Source: Phoronis australis | Lineage: Eukaryota > Animalia > Phoronida | Length of the DNA: 64,000 nucleotides | Direction: 5' to 3' | NCBI GenBank assembly: GCA_002633005.1 | Contig: NMRA01000198.1 | Span: 70,045-134,044 of the forward strand | In this document: piece after piece, positions 1 through 13,168 of the stretch | How positions within the stretch are numbered: position 1 is the first letter of the stretch | Layout of the letters: the number at the start of each line of letters is the position of its first letter | Notes under the pieces: generated by a model | The model's input: the letters and a program-made list of their open reading frames with translations, nothing else | Databases searched by the model: none | Told to the model about the DNA's origin: nothing | Translations under genes and position numbers: made by a program

Positions 1-1858
1 ATCTTGCAACGTCTAGTACAGAGTAATTCACTTTCCCCTATGAGAGAATTTACAGAAAAAATAACAAATTCACCTTTTTTGAAATACGTGTGAAGGAAAA
101 ACTCTTTGGTTACCACAGAGTTTCTAAGCTCCATCCCACTTATGATAAATGCATGCATCCACTCACACACAGTTTAAAGGTCACATTTTCCATGATATAA
201 GATAAATCTACTAGGTCTATGTCTTGCCATACCAAATATGGAGATGGGCTTTGCCTTGCGAGAGAAAAATCGACAATGAAAGTGGAGAGCAGTCCACAGA
301 TTGTCTTTTTTGAAATTTGAAACTGAAAGAAAATGCTTTTAATTAATATCAAGAGATTGAAGTTTAAAATCTTTACAATCAAATTTTAAAAGTACCTGGT
401 GAGCAGGTTGTATTCTGTTTCAGGGGCAGAGAACCACTTTCAATAATGTAATTTTAAATTTATTTAGTCCATTTATCATGTTCCAGCCCTTTTCAACACT
501 GGCATTATTACGTGAGGCATTAAGTAAACTGAACATGAAGTAATGGACTAAGCTTCTCTCAGTATTAAGTAATCCCATATTTAAAAGAAAAGCTTGATCA
601 ATACATTCAAAGATAATGCCTGATTTGAATAAAGTAAACAACCCAAGTAGATCAGACGCAACACATGTTTTACCAAATGGATTCAAGAATACCAAACCAC
701 AAATTGACATGATATTTAGTTAATGCACAAGATTAAATCTGACATGANTGATAACAGCTTTTTGGTAACTTGCAGGTGAACCAAACAATTTGGGAGGAGA
801 AGATTGTCTGCAACTTCACATTGGCAACAGTCAGTGGAATGATGAACGGTGTGACAACAAGCACAACTTCATTTGTGAAATTAATTTGTAATTGAATATG
901 AATTAACCTGATGACAGCTTCTCCAGAAATTGTCACCTTACAACGGTTTTTTAATGGAGCTGTACACATATCACAAATAGAGAATAACATTGGATTGATT
1001 TGTCATAAAATATGGGCAATAAACTTGCCAACTCCAAAAAGAGGTGAATATACAATGTTCATGGAATTAATACAACTTTAAAGAGGCATGGCTTGCGAAA
1101 GCTTGTCAAAAATATCTTTTAAAATTACTCAAGAAAGTACAATCTTGCAATGTCTAGTACAGAGTAATTCACTTTCCCCTATGAGAGAATTTACAGAAAA
1201 AATAACAAATTCACCTTTTTTGAAATACCACAGAGTTTCTAAGCTCCATCCCACTTATGATAAATGCATGCATCCACTCACACAGAGTTTAAAGGTCACA
1301 TTTTCCATGATATAAGATAAATGTACTAGGTCTATGTCTTGCCATACCAAATATGGAGATGGGCTTTGCCTTGTGAGAGAAAAATCGACAAAGTGGAGAG
1401 CAGTCCACAGATTGTCTTTTTTGAAATTTGAAACTGAAAGAAAATGCTTTCAATTAATATCAAGAGATTGAAGTTTAAAATCTTTACAAACAAATTTTAA
1501 AAGTACCTGGTGAGCAGGTTGTATTCTGTTTCAGGGGCAGAGAACCACTTTCAATAATGTAATTTTAAATTTATTTAGTCCGTTTATCATGTTCCAGCCC
1601 TTTTCAACACTGGCATTATTACGTGAGGCAAAAACTAAACTGAACATGAAGTAATGGACTAAGCTTCTCTCAGTACTAAGTAATCCCATATTTAAAAGAA
1701 AAGCTTGATCAATACATTCAAGGATAATGCCTGATTTGAATAAAGTAAACAACCCAAGTACATCAGACGCAACACATGTTTTACCAAATGGATTCAAGAA
1801 TACCAAACCACAAATTGACATGATATTTAGTTAATTCACAAGATTAAATCTGACATGA
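1..1858. repeat. Near-identical direct duplication (1-747 vs ~1142-1858) across the single n at 748; contains part of a dispersed TTAA-AG-ended DNA-transposon-like repeat
   Basis: The sequences align almost base for base with a few SNPs and indels. The same repeat family recurs at ~3900-4370 and inverted at ~41040-41378. Confidence 0.85.
776..891 (+). CDS. Terminal exon of a C-type lectin gene (lectin 0); upstream exon lies outside the window
   Basis: Acceptor ttgcag|GT at 771-777 reads (G)EPNNLGGEDCLQLHIGNSQWNDERCDNKHNFICEINL* with EPN, WND and FICE motifs. Same phase-1 junction as the five complete paralogs. Confidence 0.88.
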
Positions 1859-3142
1859 ATCTGCATAATTTGAAAAAAAAAACTATTAAAACGTTTGCCA
1901 TGATAAAGTTGATTTCAATTTGTTACTCACATCACAGGTGATTTCTGGGCACGGTATGTCAAAAATGGAACGGCTCAATTATGAGCCATGCACAGACAAC
2001 AAGTCATCCTCTGCTGTTCCTTTACGTGGGGGGGATCTCTGTGGAATAATGGGCCCTGGGGGAAGTAACTGGGTCTAATCAAGCTCACAATGCACTGTCT
2101 TCTAATTTTCCTGAAGAATTTCAGGCAAACATTTGAACAGTTCATCAGTTGTTCAATTCAGGTATTCCAGAAAAATTGGCATTCTACCGTTAGTTTGCTT
2201 CTAAAATTGTGGTGTGCTCTTTTGGGTCGGCTTTCGGAGCCATGAAATATTGCATTACCTATTGGCCAATTTCCCCGACTCTTCAATAAACTGTTCCTTT
2301 CTTCCACGAGGTTGCGTACGTGTCATAACAATCGGAATTGGTTTCATTTCATTAAAAGTTATTAGCATTTTAATACCAGCATACCCCATTTGCTGCGAAG
2401 CTCTCACTACTTCCCGAGAGATATAAAAAAATTTCAGTAGGAACTTGCGCGTGCGGGTCACAAGAACATTGTTTTTAAAACGACAGACTTTTCTTTGTTA
2501 CAAAAGACGGAGAATTACGGGTAACGGCTAGTCAGTAGTATGCTCGAGTATTGTAGCCCTGGAGATCTATAGTTCATGACTGAATGCTGCTTCCACCACC
2601 TAGTGACCTTTTGTTAGTTAAGTCTCTTGGTCAACAAAACAGAAATGATGACATCGTATTGGCTAAGATTCATGATATTTCTTTGGAAAATATATTAGGG
2701 CATAACGTATTACTGGGATTTCAATTTCAGAAGTCATATAAATTGAAAAATCATCAGCTTTAGTCCATGATAATGTAAGTTATTTCAGTCAGTTATTTAT
2801 TGTCCTGGTTGTCGTGTTCTACCCAAAAGAAGCAAGATATTGAAAGATTCTGTCTACTATGATGCATATTCAAATATATTAACAAGGTACATAGTGTACA
2901 GTACAGGCCAAGTTTATGCTTGAAGCTATACCTGCATGTATGATTCTTCAACTCCTGGATTTACTTATCAAGTACAAATATCAATAACACATCCTAGCAT
3001 AATTAAGTGCAATTTATTAAGATTTAAGATAACGCCTGACACTTGTTATCATTTTCTTTAAACATGACTGGGTCTTATTAATATTGGCACACGGTGACAT
3101 TACGTTTGGTACCTGTGTCTGACAGAAGCAACTGTTTCCAAA

Positions 3143-4737
3143 ATGGTCTATAAAACAATCTTTGTATTGGGTTTTGTGGTCAGTGCTGTCTTGACCGCTG
3201 GTCTGCACCATGATGCAAATGGCAGTGGGAGTGAGTGTCTAGACATGAAGGCTGAAATTCAACAACTGAAACTGGCTTTAGAAGGGCTGAGGAACTTGAT
3301 GGTAGAACAACTATCAGCATTCAAGTCAGAATTGTCAGAGACAGCATCAAAGGGGGGAGAATGCTGTCAAAAAACACTGGAGACCTGCAAGCAAGCGGCT
3401 TCCCATGTGCAAATCAACACGGGAGGCTCTCGACAAAGTTGTGAGTCAATGGGTTACACGCCCTTCAAGACTTCATGCTACAAAATCTTCCGTGAAAATT
3501 ACAAATGGCGTAATGCAATGAGCCAGTGTCATCAAGATGGTGCCCATCTGGTAGACATTGAAAGCAAAGAAGAGCAAGACTTCATCCAAGGATTGATAGC
3601 TCATGGCAAGACCAACAATGGCTATGTACCCAAGCAACTCTGGATCGGTGGCCATGATAGTGTGACAGAAGGCAACTTTGTATGGGAGTCCACGGGCAAG
3701 AATGTAACGTACACAAACTGGATGCAAAGTAAGTGATTCATCTTCGAAAATAAAAAAATAAATAAACTAGATACAGAACACACAATTGAAAGCTAATCAC
3801 AAAATAATACCAAAAACTGAACAACGGAAGTGTGAAACACAGATACATCAAGTGCAGATTGTATCAAGTCCAAAAATTTTCTAATAAAGTATGTTCTGGC
3901 AACTATTCTAAATACCTTGATTTTCCACAATAAAGGGAAACGGATGGATTATTCTCACTGTTCTTCTGACAGTTTTCTAGAAAAAATCACAAAATTCACG
4001 AGTTTTGAAATACGCATGAATGAAAACTCTGTGGTTAACACAGAGTTTGTGGTTACCACAGTCTCTAATCTCCCTCCCACTTGTGATAAATTCACGCATG
4101 TGTTCATAGTCAGTTGCTGAGAAGTCGCTTGAAGTCAAAGGTCACATTTTCCATGAAAGGGAAAAGTGGTACGTCTATGTTTTGCCATACCAAATGAGCA
4201 GACGTGCTTTGCCTTGTGGAAGAAAAATCACATGACGTGTATTTGATAGATTGTTTGTTTTTTGAAGTTTGAAACTATAAAAATACTTTGATATTAAAAT
4301 AAAAGATTTTGAGGAACAAATATCTGGTGAGCAGGTTGAATTCTCTTTCAGTGGCAGCAAACCACTTTCAATATTTCATTAGTTTTTGTTTGTTGCGTTT
4401 CAGGCTCCTATAAGGAGCAGAAGAGACGCAGTTCCCACATTACTCTCACGCAATTTATCATGATTTTAAAAAAGTGAAATCTCTTATGGAAACTGCTAAT
4501 TTACAAAACAATAAAAAAATTATCTGTTTTCTGAAATGGATATTTCTGATTTTGAAAACAGTAAACCAAGATCTTTACTATTCCTTCCATAACTATAGCA
4601 ACAGTTTTTTCTATAAATCAGATGAGCCAAACAGAAGAGGCAATGAGGACTGCATCGAGATTTCAGCAGCAAACGGACAGTGGAATGATGAAGGGTGTGG
4701 AGCGAGGAATGGATTTATTTGTGAAAGAACTGGCTAA
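3143..4737 (+). CDS. Secreted C-type lectin (lectin 1; perlucin/tetranectin-like, EPN type); exons 3143-3728 and 4622-4737
   Basis: Signal peptide MVYKTIFVLGFVVSAVLTA, heptad-like coiled coil, CCQKTLETC neck, then CYK..W..A...C...GAHLV.I.S.EEQ.FI...WIGG.D...EG.FVW. Donor A|gtaag at 3728 and acceptor tcag|AT at 4621 give EPNRRGNEDC...WNDEGC...FICE*. Confidence 0.93.
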
Positions 4738-6130
4738 TACAGACTCCAGTTAATTTAAAGATTAACCCTTGGATTGTCACCTGGTTGTGTTTACAAACAT
4801 CATATCTCACTATATCCTGTCTAAATCATGATAAATCTATTGACCTTGACATTAAACTTAGTATTTGATAGATGAAACTGATTGACTTGCTTAGGGTGTT
4901 GTCGTTGAGAAAATCATATTCATTGTCTCGTGGAACTCGCAGGCATCCTCAGCTTCTGATCTTCCCCAATACACTATATATAATACTACAAGTTATGACA
5001 CTCCGGACTAGAAATTCCACGGGTGCTTCACTTCAGCCGTCCATAGCAAACACAAAACAGAGGTACAACAATCCATGAGGATTGTTCTTTCTCCCAATAC
5101 CATTTACGGTGTCCTGTTCCACCGAGTTCGCAAGAAATTTGCAGTCAAAGCACAACAATCTTTCCAAAAATCTTGTCCAGAGCATTAACTCCCTGGTCTC
5201 AAGCAAAGGGTACGGAATTATCTGATGAGTTACGGATGAATGGCAATTGCCAAGTTATCGATGCCGTGACTTTCTGTGATGAATCGACAATTTCTGTTCA
5301 TCCGTAACATTTTTTATGGCAAAAATTTTCCTTAGTTCAACCCCAATTGGAATTTCCTTGATTCTAAAGAATGTGACATGGGCCAATTTGGCGTTCATAA
5401 TATTTATTATATATTGGACAAAGCATTTCAGATCAACGTATCAGAATTATTTCACAGATCACAAAATTGTAGAAAAGAGCCGACAATGCAGAATTTTCAT
5501 GTGCCTCCATAGTGTTAAAATTGAGGTAAACACTCAAATGTCGTTTGATCAATTTGTGACAGCCAGTATTGTCTATTTCCAAATTTTTGGTACAAGCTCC
5601 AACCTTGAGCAAACTATTTTTTACTGTCCAAACTGGAGAATTTTTATAGTTGAAGTCCAAGTATATATATTATGACCCGTAGAATGAAATAAAAACTTTA
5701 GAATTTGAGTAAAAACACAAAATTTTAACTGGTTAAGTCACCAGTCTTGATGTCTATGAATGTACAGCAGACAACAGCGAGGAATTGGTGACTTGTAATA
5801 AAATTGTACTTAAGACAGAGTATTGTGTCGTAACAGCTCTAACCTAATAACTCCATCAAGTCTATTCCAACGAAGATAATCAAATAAATGTATTTTTGAA
5901 TGTGAAACTGATAATTTCCCTTTCTCTGAAATTCATCAAGAATTTGACTTAACTAAATTCCTCGTGCTGATACAGTAAAACATTCTGAATGAACATAACT
6001 GTTGCGATAGTAAACGATATCGAGATCATGGGCATTACCAGATGTATCCACCATATAATAAAAGATAACTCAATTCCGCAGCTATCTATACTGCTTTCAA
6101 AAAGATATATTCACAGTCCGGTGTGGACTG

Positions 6131-7344
6131 ATGACTCTACCCGGAAAACTTCAGCTTTGCGTGGCATTGTCGTTTATTAGTTTGGCATCACAAAACCACT
6201 GGTCAACCCCAGAGCTAGATGAGGGTCAAGTCAAGCAAATCATTGAACTAATAAGACAACTGCAGATGTCACAGGAGAAACTTAAAGTCCTAGTAGCCAC
6301 CAGCATGAAGGGTCTGTATGAAGAGACTAGTAAGGCCAAGAGTGCAAACCAACATTGTCCTATACCACCACATGTTAGCACTTGCCAAAAGACAGCCAGT
6401 GACATCAAGGAAAAGTACATTAACTTGCTGGACAGGAAGTGTCCAGACAACTACCAGCGCTCTGGTCACACTTGTTACAGGGTTGATTCTGGTCCAGTTG
6501 ACTGGTGGTCAGCATTCAGAGAGTGTGACAGAGATGGTGCAGACCTTGTGTCTATAGAGACACCTCACAAGAATGAGGAAGTGAGAAGCCTGATGACAAA
6601 CAGGGTCGAATCAGTGTGGACAGCTGGTAATGACCAAGTACGGGAGGGCAAGTTTGAATGGGCCTCCAAAATGGAGACAGCAATGAACTATACTAATTGG
6701 AGAAAAGGTAAGCATGAACAATTTACAACTTACATCGTAAATTGCACATGAAAGTTACTAAAATTTAAAGGCTTCTTTTTCTTTGCACTAAGTAGAGAAT
6801 TCAAAGATGACTTACTACAAGAAAATGTCATCGATTGTTTTTCTAATAGTGTTATGTGTCCAGATGGTAGGCTGTGTTGCTGGGAGTGATTATTTAAAAG
6901 TCCAATGGCAGTGTTTCAAACTGATCTGACACTTAGTCAATTAACTAGTAACTGAATGATGTTATCAGTTTCCCACTTGTTTCACAAGGACCTTTCCAAG
7001 TTCAGCCAATAGGGCTACAGAACTTGCATGGATTATGGACTCCTGAGAATGCCAAATTCCAGACCTGTAAAAATTATGGAATTCTGCAATATATTGGAAT
7101 GTTGCTAGTATATCAATACAATGTTTCTTGTTGTGAATCCAACATCATAAGACAACGAAGATATTTGAAGAAAATCTGAGAAATGTGACATGAATGAACT
7201 AATTTATTTAATGAATTGTTACTTGTAGGGCAACCCAATAATTACAAAGGAACACAAGATTGTATCAAAATTTACAGCAATGGAGGTTGGAATGATGATG
7301 AATGTGATGATCAAGCTGGATTCATCTGCACAAAGAATGTATGA
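6131..7344 (+). CDS. Secreted C-type lectin (lectin 2; QPN type); exons 6131-6707 and 7229-7344
   Basis: Signal peptide then QNHWS, coiled coil, HCPIPPHVSTC neck and a C-type lectin domain. Donor G|gtaag at 6707, acceptor ttgtag|GG at 7228. Exon 2 reads (G)QPNNYKGTQDCIKIYSNGGWNDDECDDQAGFICTKNV*. Confidence 0.92.
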
Positions 7345-7640
7345 TGACAATATAGAATGTGTGATGACAATATAGAATGTATGATGACAATATAGAATGT
7401 ACGATGACAATATAGAATGTATGATGACAATATAGAATGTACAATGACAATATAGAATGTATGATGACAATATAGAATGTATGATGACAATATAGAATGT
7501 ATGATGACATTACCTAATGTATGAAGACAATACAGAATGTTTGTCAAAAATACAGAATACTTCATGGCAATATGTACTGTGTGAAGACCAATACACGTAT
7601 GGCAACAATACATGTGTGATGAGGATGCATATGTCCAATG
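7335..7640 (+). repeat. 20-bp minisatellite (ATGATGACAATATAGAATGT), continuing degenerately at ~9360-9580
   Basis: About 8 near-perfect units at 7341-7500 followed by decayed units. The array resumes after the element at 7648-9356. Confidence 0.93.
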
Positions 7641-7647
7641 ACAGTAC

Positions 7648-9356
7648 ACAAGAGCAACGCGGAGCATTGAAATGCGCCCACGAATGCAAATGGTGTGTTT
7701 TTAGGGTTATTTATTTGTATCTTAAAAACGGTCACTATATGGTGCAAAAACATACAATTCATCCAAAAACAGGTACATGCCATATTTCATAAAAATTTGT
7801 CAATGAAGAAACTTCAGAGAAACAAAATTAAGGAAAAATGCCTCTAGTGGGCACAGTGTCCATTGGATCCCCTGAAAGTCGTCGTCGTCTGTTGTTATCT
7901 TCATATAAATACACTTACTAAATTTAGTAAAGATCCTGCAGTGGGTTTAGGAGATACAACTATGGGTGCAAAACACAACTACCACTAGGAGGCACCACAG
8001 TAGTCAGTCACCATCATCAAAGGTCATCTTCACACTGAGAACAAATATGCCAATTTTCAAATGATTTGGTTGATACAGGAGTGGACAACAAAAACAAGAT
8101 TTGAAAACAGCAAAAAAAATGGCCACTAGGTGGTGCGAAATACCTCGATTCCATTCAAAAACAGGCATATAGCATCATCACACTAATAGATGCCAATAAT
8201 TAAAATTTTATGAAAATCTGTTAAGGACCTTTAAAGATACGTACATACTGAGTTAAACGTAAAAAACTAAAATTGCCACTAGGGGGCACAGCAGTAGTCA
8301 GATCTGTCCGAAAGTCGTTGTCATCCGTAGCCAACATCATATAAATACACTTGCTAAATTAAGTAAAGATCCTGCGAACGGTTTAGGAGCTACAGCCATA
8401 GGCGCAACAAAAACAAAACTGCCACTAAGAGGTGCCACAGTAGTCGAAATCATCGGAAAATCATCGTCAACCATCCTCTTTGTAGTAGCACATACATGCC
8501 AATTTTTAAAATCATCCTTCGAGCGGTTTGGTTGATAGAGGGATGGACGCAAAAAACAGACTCGAAAACAGTAAAAATGGTCACTAGGTGGTACAAACTA
8601 CGTCGCATATATCCGAAAACGGATAGCGTCACCTCACTAATAGGTGCCTACGTATTAAATTTCATGAAAATCCGTTAAGGACTTTTGAAAATATAAACTA
8701 CTAGGTAAACGTAAAAAAATAAAATTGCCATTAGGGAGCACAAAAGTCATCGTCGTCCATTGCTAACATCATATAAATATACTTACTAAATTTCATAAAG
8801 ATCCTACGAACGGTTTAGGAGATACAGCCATAGGTGCAATAAAACAAAACTGTCACTAGGAGATGCCAAAATACTTGAAATCGGCGGAAAATCATCGTCA
8901 ATCGTCCTCTTTATAGTAAGCACAATCATTGCCAATTTTCACAATCATACTTTGAGCGGTTTGGTTGATAGAGGGGTGGACGCAAAAAACAGTAAAAATG
9001 GCCACTAGGTGGTGCAAACTACATTGAATCCATCCAAAAACGGGAGAATAGCGTCATCTCACTAATAGGTGCCTACATAACAAATTTCACGAAAATCCGT
9101 TCAAAATTTTTGAAGATACCAAGGTAAGCGTAAAAAAATAAAACTGCCACTAGGGGGCACACCGGTAGTCTGATCCGTCCGAAAGTTCGCTCATGCCGTC
9201 CCATTCATGTATGAAACATATGTGCCAAATTTCCAGAACGTATGTCAAAGGGTTTTGGAGATAGAGCAGCGGACGCCGGACGGACGCTGCCCGAACGGAC
9301 AGACAGACGGAGATGAAAGCGTAATGCGTCCACATATAAATATATGGGCGCATAAT
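7648..9356 (-). mobile_element. Non-autonomous Helentron/DINE-1-like (HINE) element with internal ~145-bp tandem subrepeats
   Basis: Terminal ACAAGAG plus degenerate hairpin, subterminal inverted repeats TGCGCCCA...TGGGCGCA, GACG/GACA microsatellite near the other end, and a central tandem array. A second full copy lies at 31443-33163. Confidence 0.7.
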
Positions 9357-10069
9357 AATTGATGATGACAATACATGATGTATGATGACAATACATGATA
9401 TCTGATGACAATACAGAATGCATGACAATATAAAATGTATGATGACAATACAGAATGTATCATAGATAAGCATAATGTATGATGACAATTCATAATGTAT
9501 GGTTACAATTCGTAATATGTGATGACAATACACAAAGCATCATGCCAATGTATAATTCACCATGACAGTGCAGAATGTATCAAATGAATGCAGAACACAC
9601 TCCATCACAGCAGTTCACACTTGAAGACATTAAGTACTTAAAGTTGCATTTTGCCATGTTTTCCTGGCTAAAAACAAAAATCAAATTAGGGCTTTTGCTC
9701 TCATAAAGCTGGTCTCATGATATTACTCAGCGTCTCATACTCAGTGTCTCATAATATAACTCAGCGTCTCAAGAACATGTTTCAGAGTTTGTGGTTCGAA
9801 AATGTGGCACTGTAACTTATCACTTGAGTTGTCTGCTCATTTGGCAAGAATTCAAGATAAAATGAACAATTGGAACTATTTTCCAACCCCTTGAAAAGCA
9901 CAGCTTTGTTGGTAATCCAATATCAAAGCATTATGCAAACTTGCAGTTATGCGAACTTTTGAGTAGGAGCATATGGCAAGTACACAAGGACATGTATGAT
10001 AACTTATCAAATAGCTCGTATGAAAGCATTCAAACTTCAGGGCTCTCCAACTGAGGGAGACAGAAAGCA

Positions 10070-11203
10070 ATGATCTCAATGGTGTCAATATCTCTTCTGG
10101 TATCACTAATGGTGACCAGCTCATGGCAGATGGAAGATGGCAGTGGTGGAGTTGATGGTAGTGGTAACACCATCAATGAACTGACGAGTCAGAAGATACT
10201 GGAGATGGTAAAAGAGGCAACTACCGCACAACACAACTTGCAAAATATTGTGGACACCAAGATAGATGAGCTCAAAGTTCATATGGAGACCTTGGCTAAA
10301 CAGAACAATAGATGTTGCAAAAACACACTGAACACATGTGAAACACTGGCAGAGAGATCAAGAGGAAAAGTAGGGACAGATGGTTGTCCATTTGGCTACA
10401 TTAACCATGACAACAAAACATGTTACAAACTTGGAGACTCCCAAGTTGACTGGTGGACTGCTCTTCGCATATGTCGACAAGATGGAGCACACCTGGCTAC
10501 CATAGAGACTATGGAAGAGAATGAGTACCTGACACTAACTGTCATGGAATCAGACCACGTCAAAGAAATGGCTTGGATTGGGGGACAAGACATGGTAAAG
10601 GAAGGGCACTTCAAATGGGAAGACAGTGGTGACAAAATCAAGTATTCGGCTTTCCAAAAAGGTTGGTATGAACATAGCTTGCATTAAGATAATATCCTAA
10701 GCATCTAGTAAAGGAAGCGCTCACATTCGAAGTCTGAAAAACAATGGTTGCCATTACACTAAATATGCATAGCAACAGGATCACAGGAGAATTAGAAATT
10801 GCTGGCAAGATATTTGAATTTACGAAGATTACTTGTAGGGTGATACCACGTTATGTGTCTCATTATCGGAAAAAATATTGACTGCCAGAGAGTACACGTT
10901 CAGTTTGTTGTTCTAGTAACTCCTACATTTTTGTCACCTCATGGTGAAGACATGACGAAATCATCCTCTTGGTAAACTTTAGTGAAAATGAATTTCACAA
11001 TGAGGGGACAACTACTGCAGAATTTCCCTGAAGTCACTTCATCAGTGCTAAGTACATGTGCCCCCTTTGTATTTGTAGGAGAGCCCAATAACTACCATGG
11101 AAATGAAGATTGCCTGGCCTTGTACAAGAAACAAGCACCAAACTGGAATGACTTGAGATGCAGCTTCAAAACAACCTTCATTTGCGAGAAGAAGTTAACA
11201 TAA
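10070..11203 (+). CDS. Secreted C-type lectin (lectin 3; EPN type); exons 10070-10661 and 11079-11203
   Basis: Signal peptide, coiled coil, CCKNTLNTC neck, CPFGY..CYK...WW.A...C..DGAHLATI...WIGG. Donor G|gttggt at 10661, acceptor ttgtag|GA at 11078. Exon 2 reads EPNNYHGNEDCLAL...WNDLRC...FICE*. AATAAA lies ~30 nt after the stop. Confidence 0.92.
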
Positions 11204-12701
11204 ACAAGTCAATTGCTTACAAAAACATAATTAATAAAATCACGTTATTTTAGCACAACATGGACTTCCGTGTTGCAGAAAGCATATTATAAGTAAATCT
11301 TTAAGATTTCAGGCCTTCATGAAGCTGTCTGATAGTTTTGTCATGTTAATACTGGCAAGTCAAGTCAGGTTTCCTTTCTCATTATCGCCAACAACACTGA
11401 ATGTAGTTTAGTTTGCAGCATGTTAGAGACATAAAAAGTCATTCACACACTAAAGACAGGTACCCTTGGAATAACTTGCCCATGACCATCTTGGCCTCGG
11501 TCCATCAAGCATTTGAAGAAGCTAGCCCATGTGCCAATACTTATTTCTTGAATAACAGGTATTCAAGGAAATAAGAAGAAAACAGAATTTGTCACATTTT
11601 AGAAGCACCAATTAGTCAGACCTGTCTAAAAACCAATACAATTCTGCTCTCTCTCCAGACATCCATGACACTGTTTTTCACAGTCAGAAATTCAAACAGG
11701 TCATGATTACAGCCACTTCGATAATTTAGAAAGTTCACAGCGTGTGCCCATCACAATGAACACAAAAATGATACTTATTTGTTCAAAATGAAAAATCAAT
11801 TGGGTTGCGTATTATTTAAAAAGGTCAGATCCAAAATCAAACTGGTCGCGGCAACCTGTCATGGAGAAAAAAACTGTATCAAGTACGAACGCCAGCATTC
11901 AAGGCAGGTAAAAACCTTACCACCGAGGGGCACCACGGTAGTTGGAACTGAAAATCAAAGTATCCAGCAATGCCCTCCTCAGTCCTCATGCCAAATTTCA
12001 CTATGATTAATCAAAGAACTTGACACGTATTGAGGCACACAAAGAAATTAAACTAGAACTTGAGGAGACAAAACAATAGAACTGTTAACAAGAATTAGTG
12101 AATATTGTCCATGTGAATGTTGGCCATATGGAACTCTCTTCAATTTGAACACATCTGACATCTTTTATGTTGATATTTTAAGAAGTTTGTGTAGAGAGGT
12201 GGACTTCAAAAAACAAGAATATATTAACCACTTGGAAAGGGGACAGAAAGGATAGAATCTATCTGAATCTGGCACGTCATGTCATCTCCTCCAGAGACAG
12301 TGCCAGACTCAGTGAAGATGTATCAAGGAACTTAGTTGAGTACAAAGGAAACCTAAATTGCCACTAGGGGGCGTAACGAGAGGAGTCCCACTCATCTCAA
12401 CATGACCTCCAGGGATGCTCCCTCTTTACACATATCATGATGGTCTATCAGCGAACTTTATAAATTTTATTGATTTATTCATTGTGACAGCACGCCTGCT
12501 TTCCAAGAGGACCCCTAAGATATTGAGGCAGATGCAAAAAAACAAAATTGGCACTAGCGGACACCACAGTTTAGTGGCCTATCACTTCAATATCAATACA
12601 TGTCACTTAATCATTATAGTTTTATGATCCTATGAGTGATTTGGCCAACAACGACATCGACACAAGAACAGAATAGAAAATAACAAAAATGGTCAATGCA
12701 A

Positions 12702-13168
12702 GGCCGTCCACACACAAGCTTCCCAGCTAGAATAAGTTGCACCTGGAATGAGCTGTCACTAGGTTTGAGTGCTGTCTGAACATTATTTAAACTAGTGCAA
12801 CTTACCAACTAGTGCAACTTACCAACTTGTGACAACTTACTCCACATTACCAAGGAGAAGTAACTAGTTCTAAAGTAACTTGCGCCACTTGAAATCCTGG
12901 AGTGGGCACAAAAGTGGGGTAGGGCGAAAGTAATCATCAGCTGCAATTAACTACAGAAGTTTTCATGGGCCGCGCGCTATGGGGGCTAGGAGAACTGTAG
13001 CCACACTTTTTTCAGTGCTGCACCTCCAATGGTCTATGGGCACACACAGCAACAACTTGCGCCTTACCCTAGTTATCGGACATGTATGTGTACACTTAAA
13101 AGTGGGATAAGTTGCACTAGTGCACTAGTGTAAGTTGTTCTAGTGAAGGCTGTGTGTGGATGGGACTG
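12702..13168. mobile_element. Degenerate MITE-like element with imperfect terminal inverted repeats
   Basis: GTCCACACACA..CTAGAA(T)AAGTTGCAC at the left end versus GTTGTTCTAGT..TGTGTGTGGAT at the right end; internal TAGTGCAACTTA / TAAGTTGCACTA inverted motifs. Confidence 0.45.

Noticed and set aside
140-1821. Pairs of identical-looking short ORFs (420-710 and 1531-1821; likewise 48782-49462 and 50029-50720)
   Set aside because: They are by-products of duplicated non-coding or transposon sequence at contig overlaps, not gene families.
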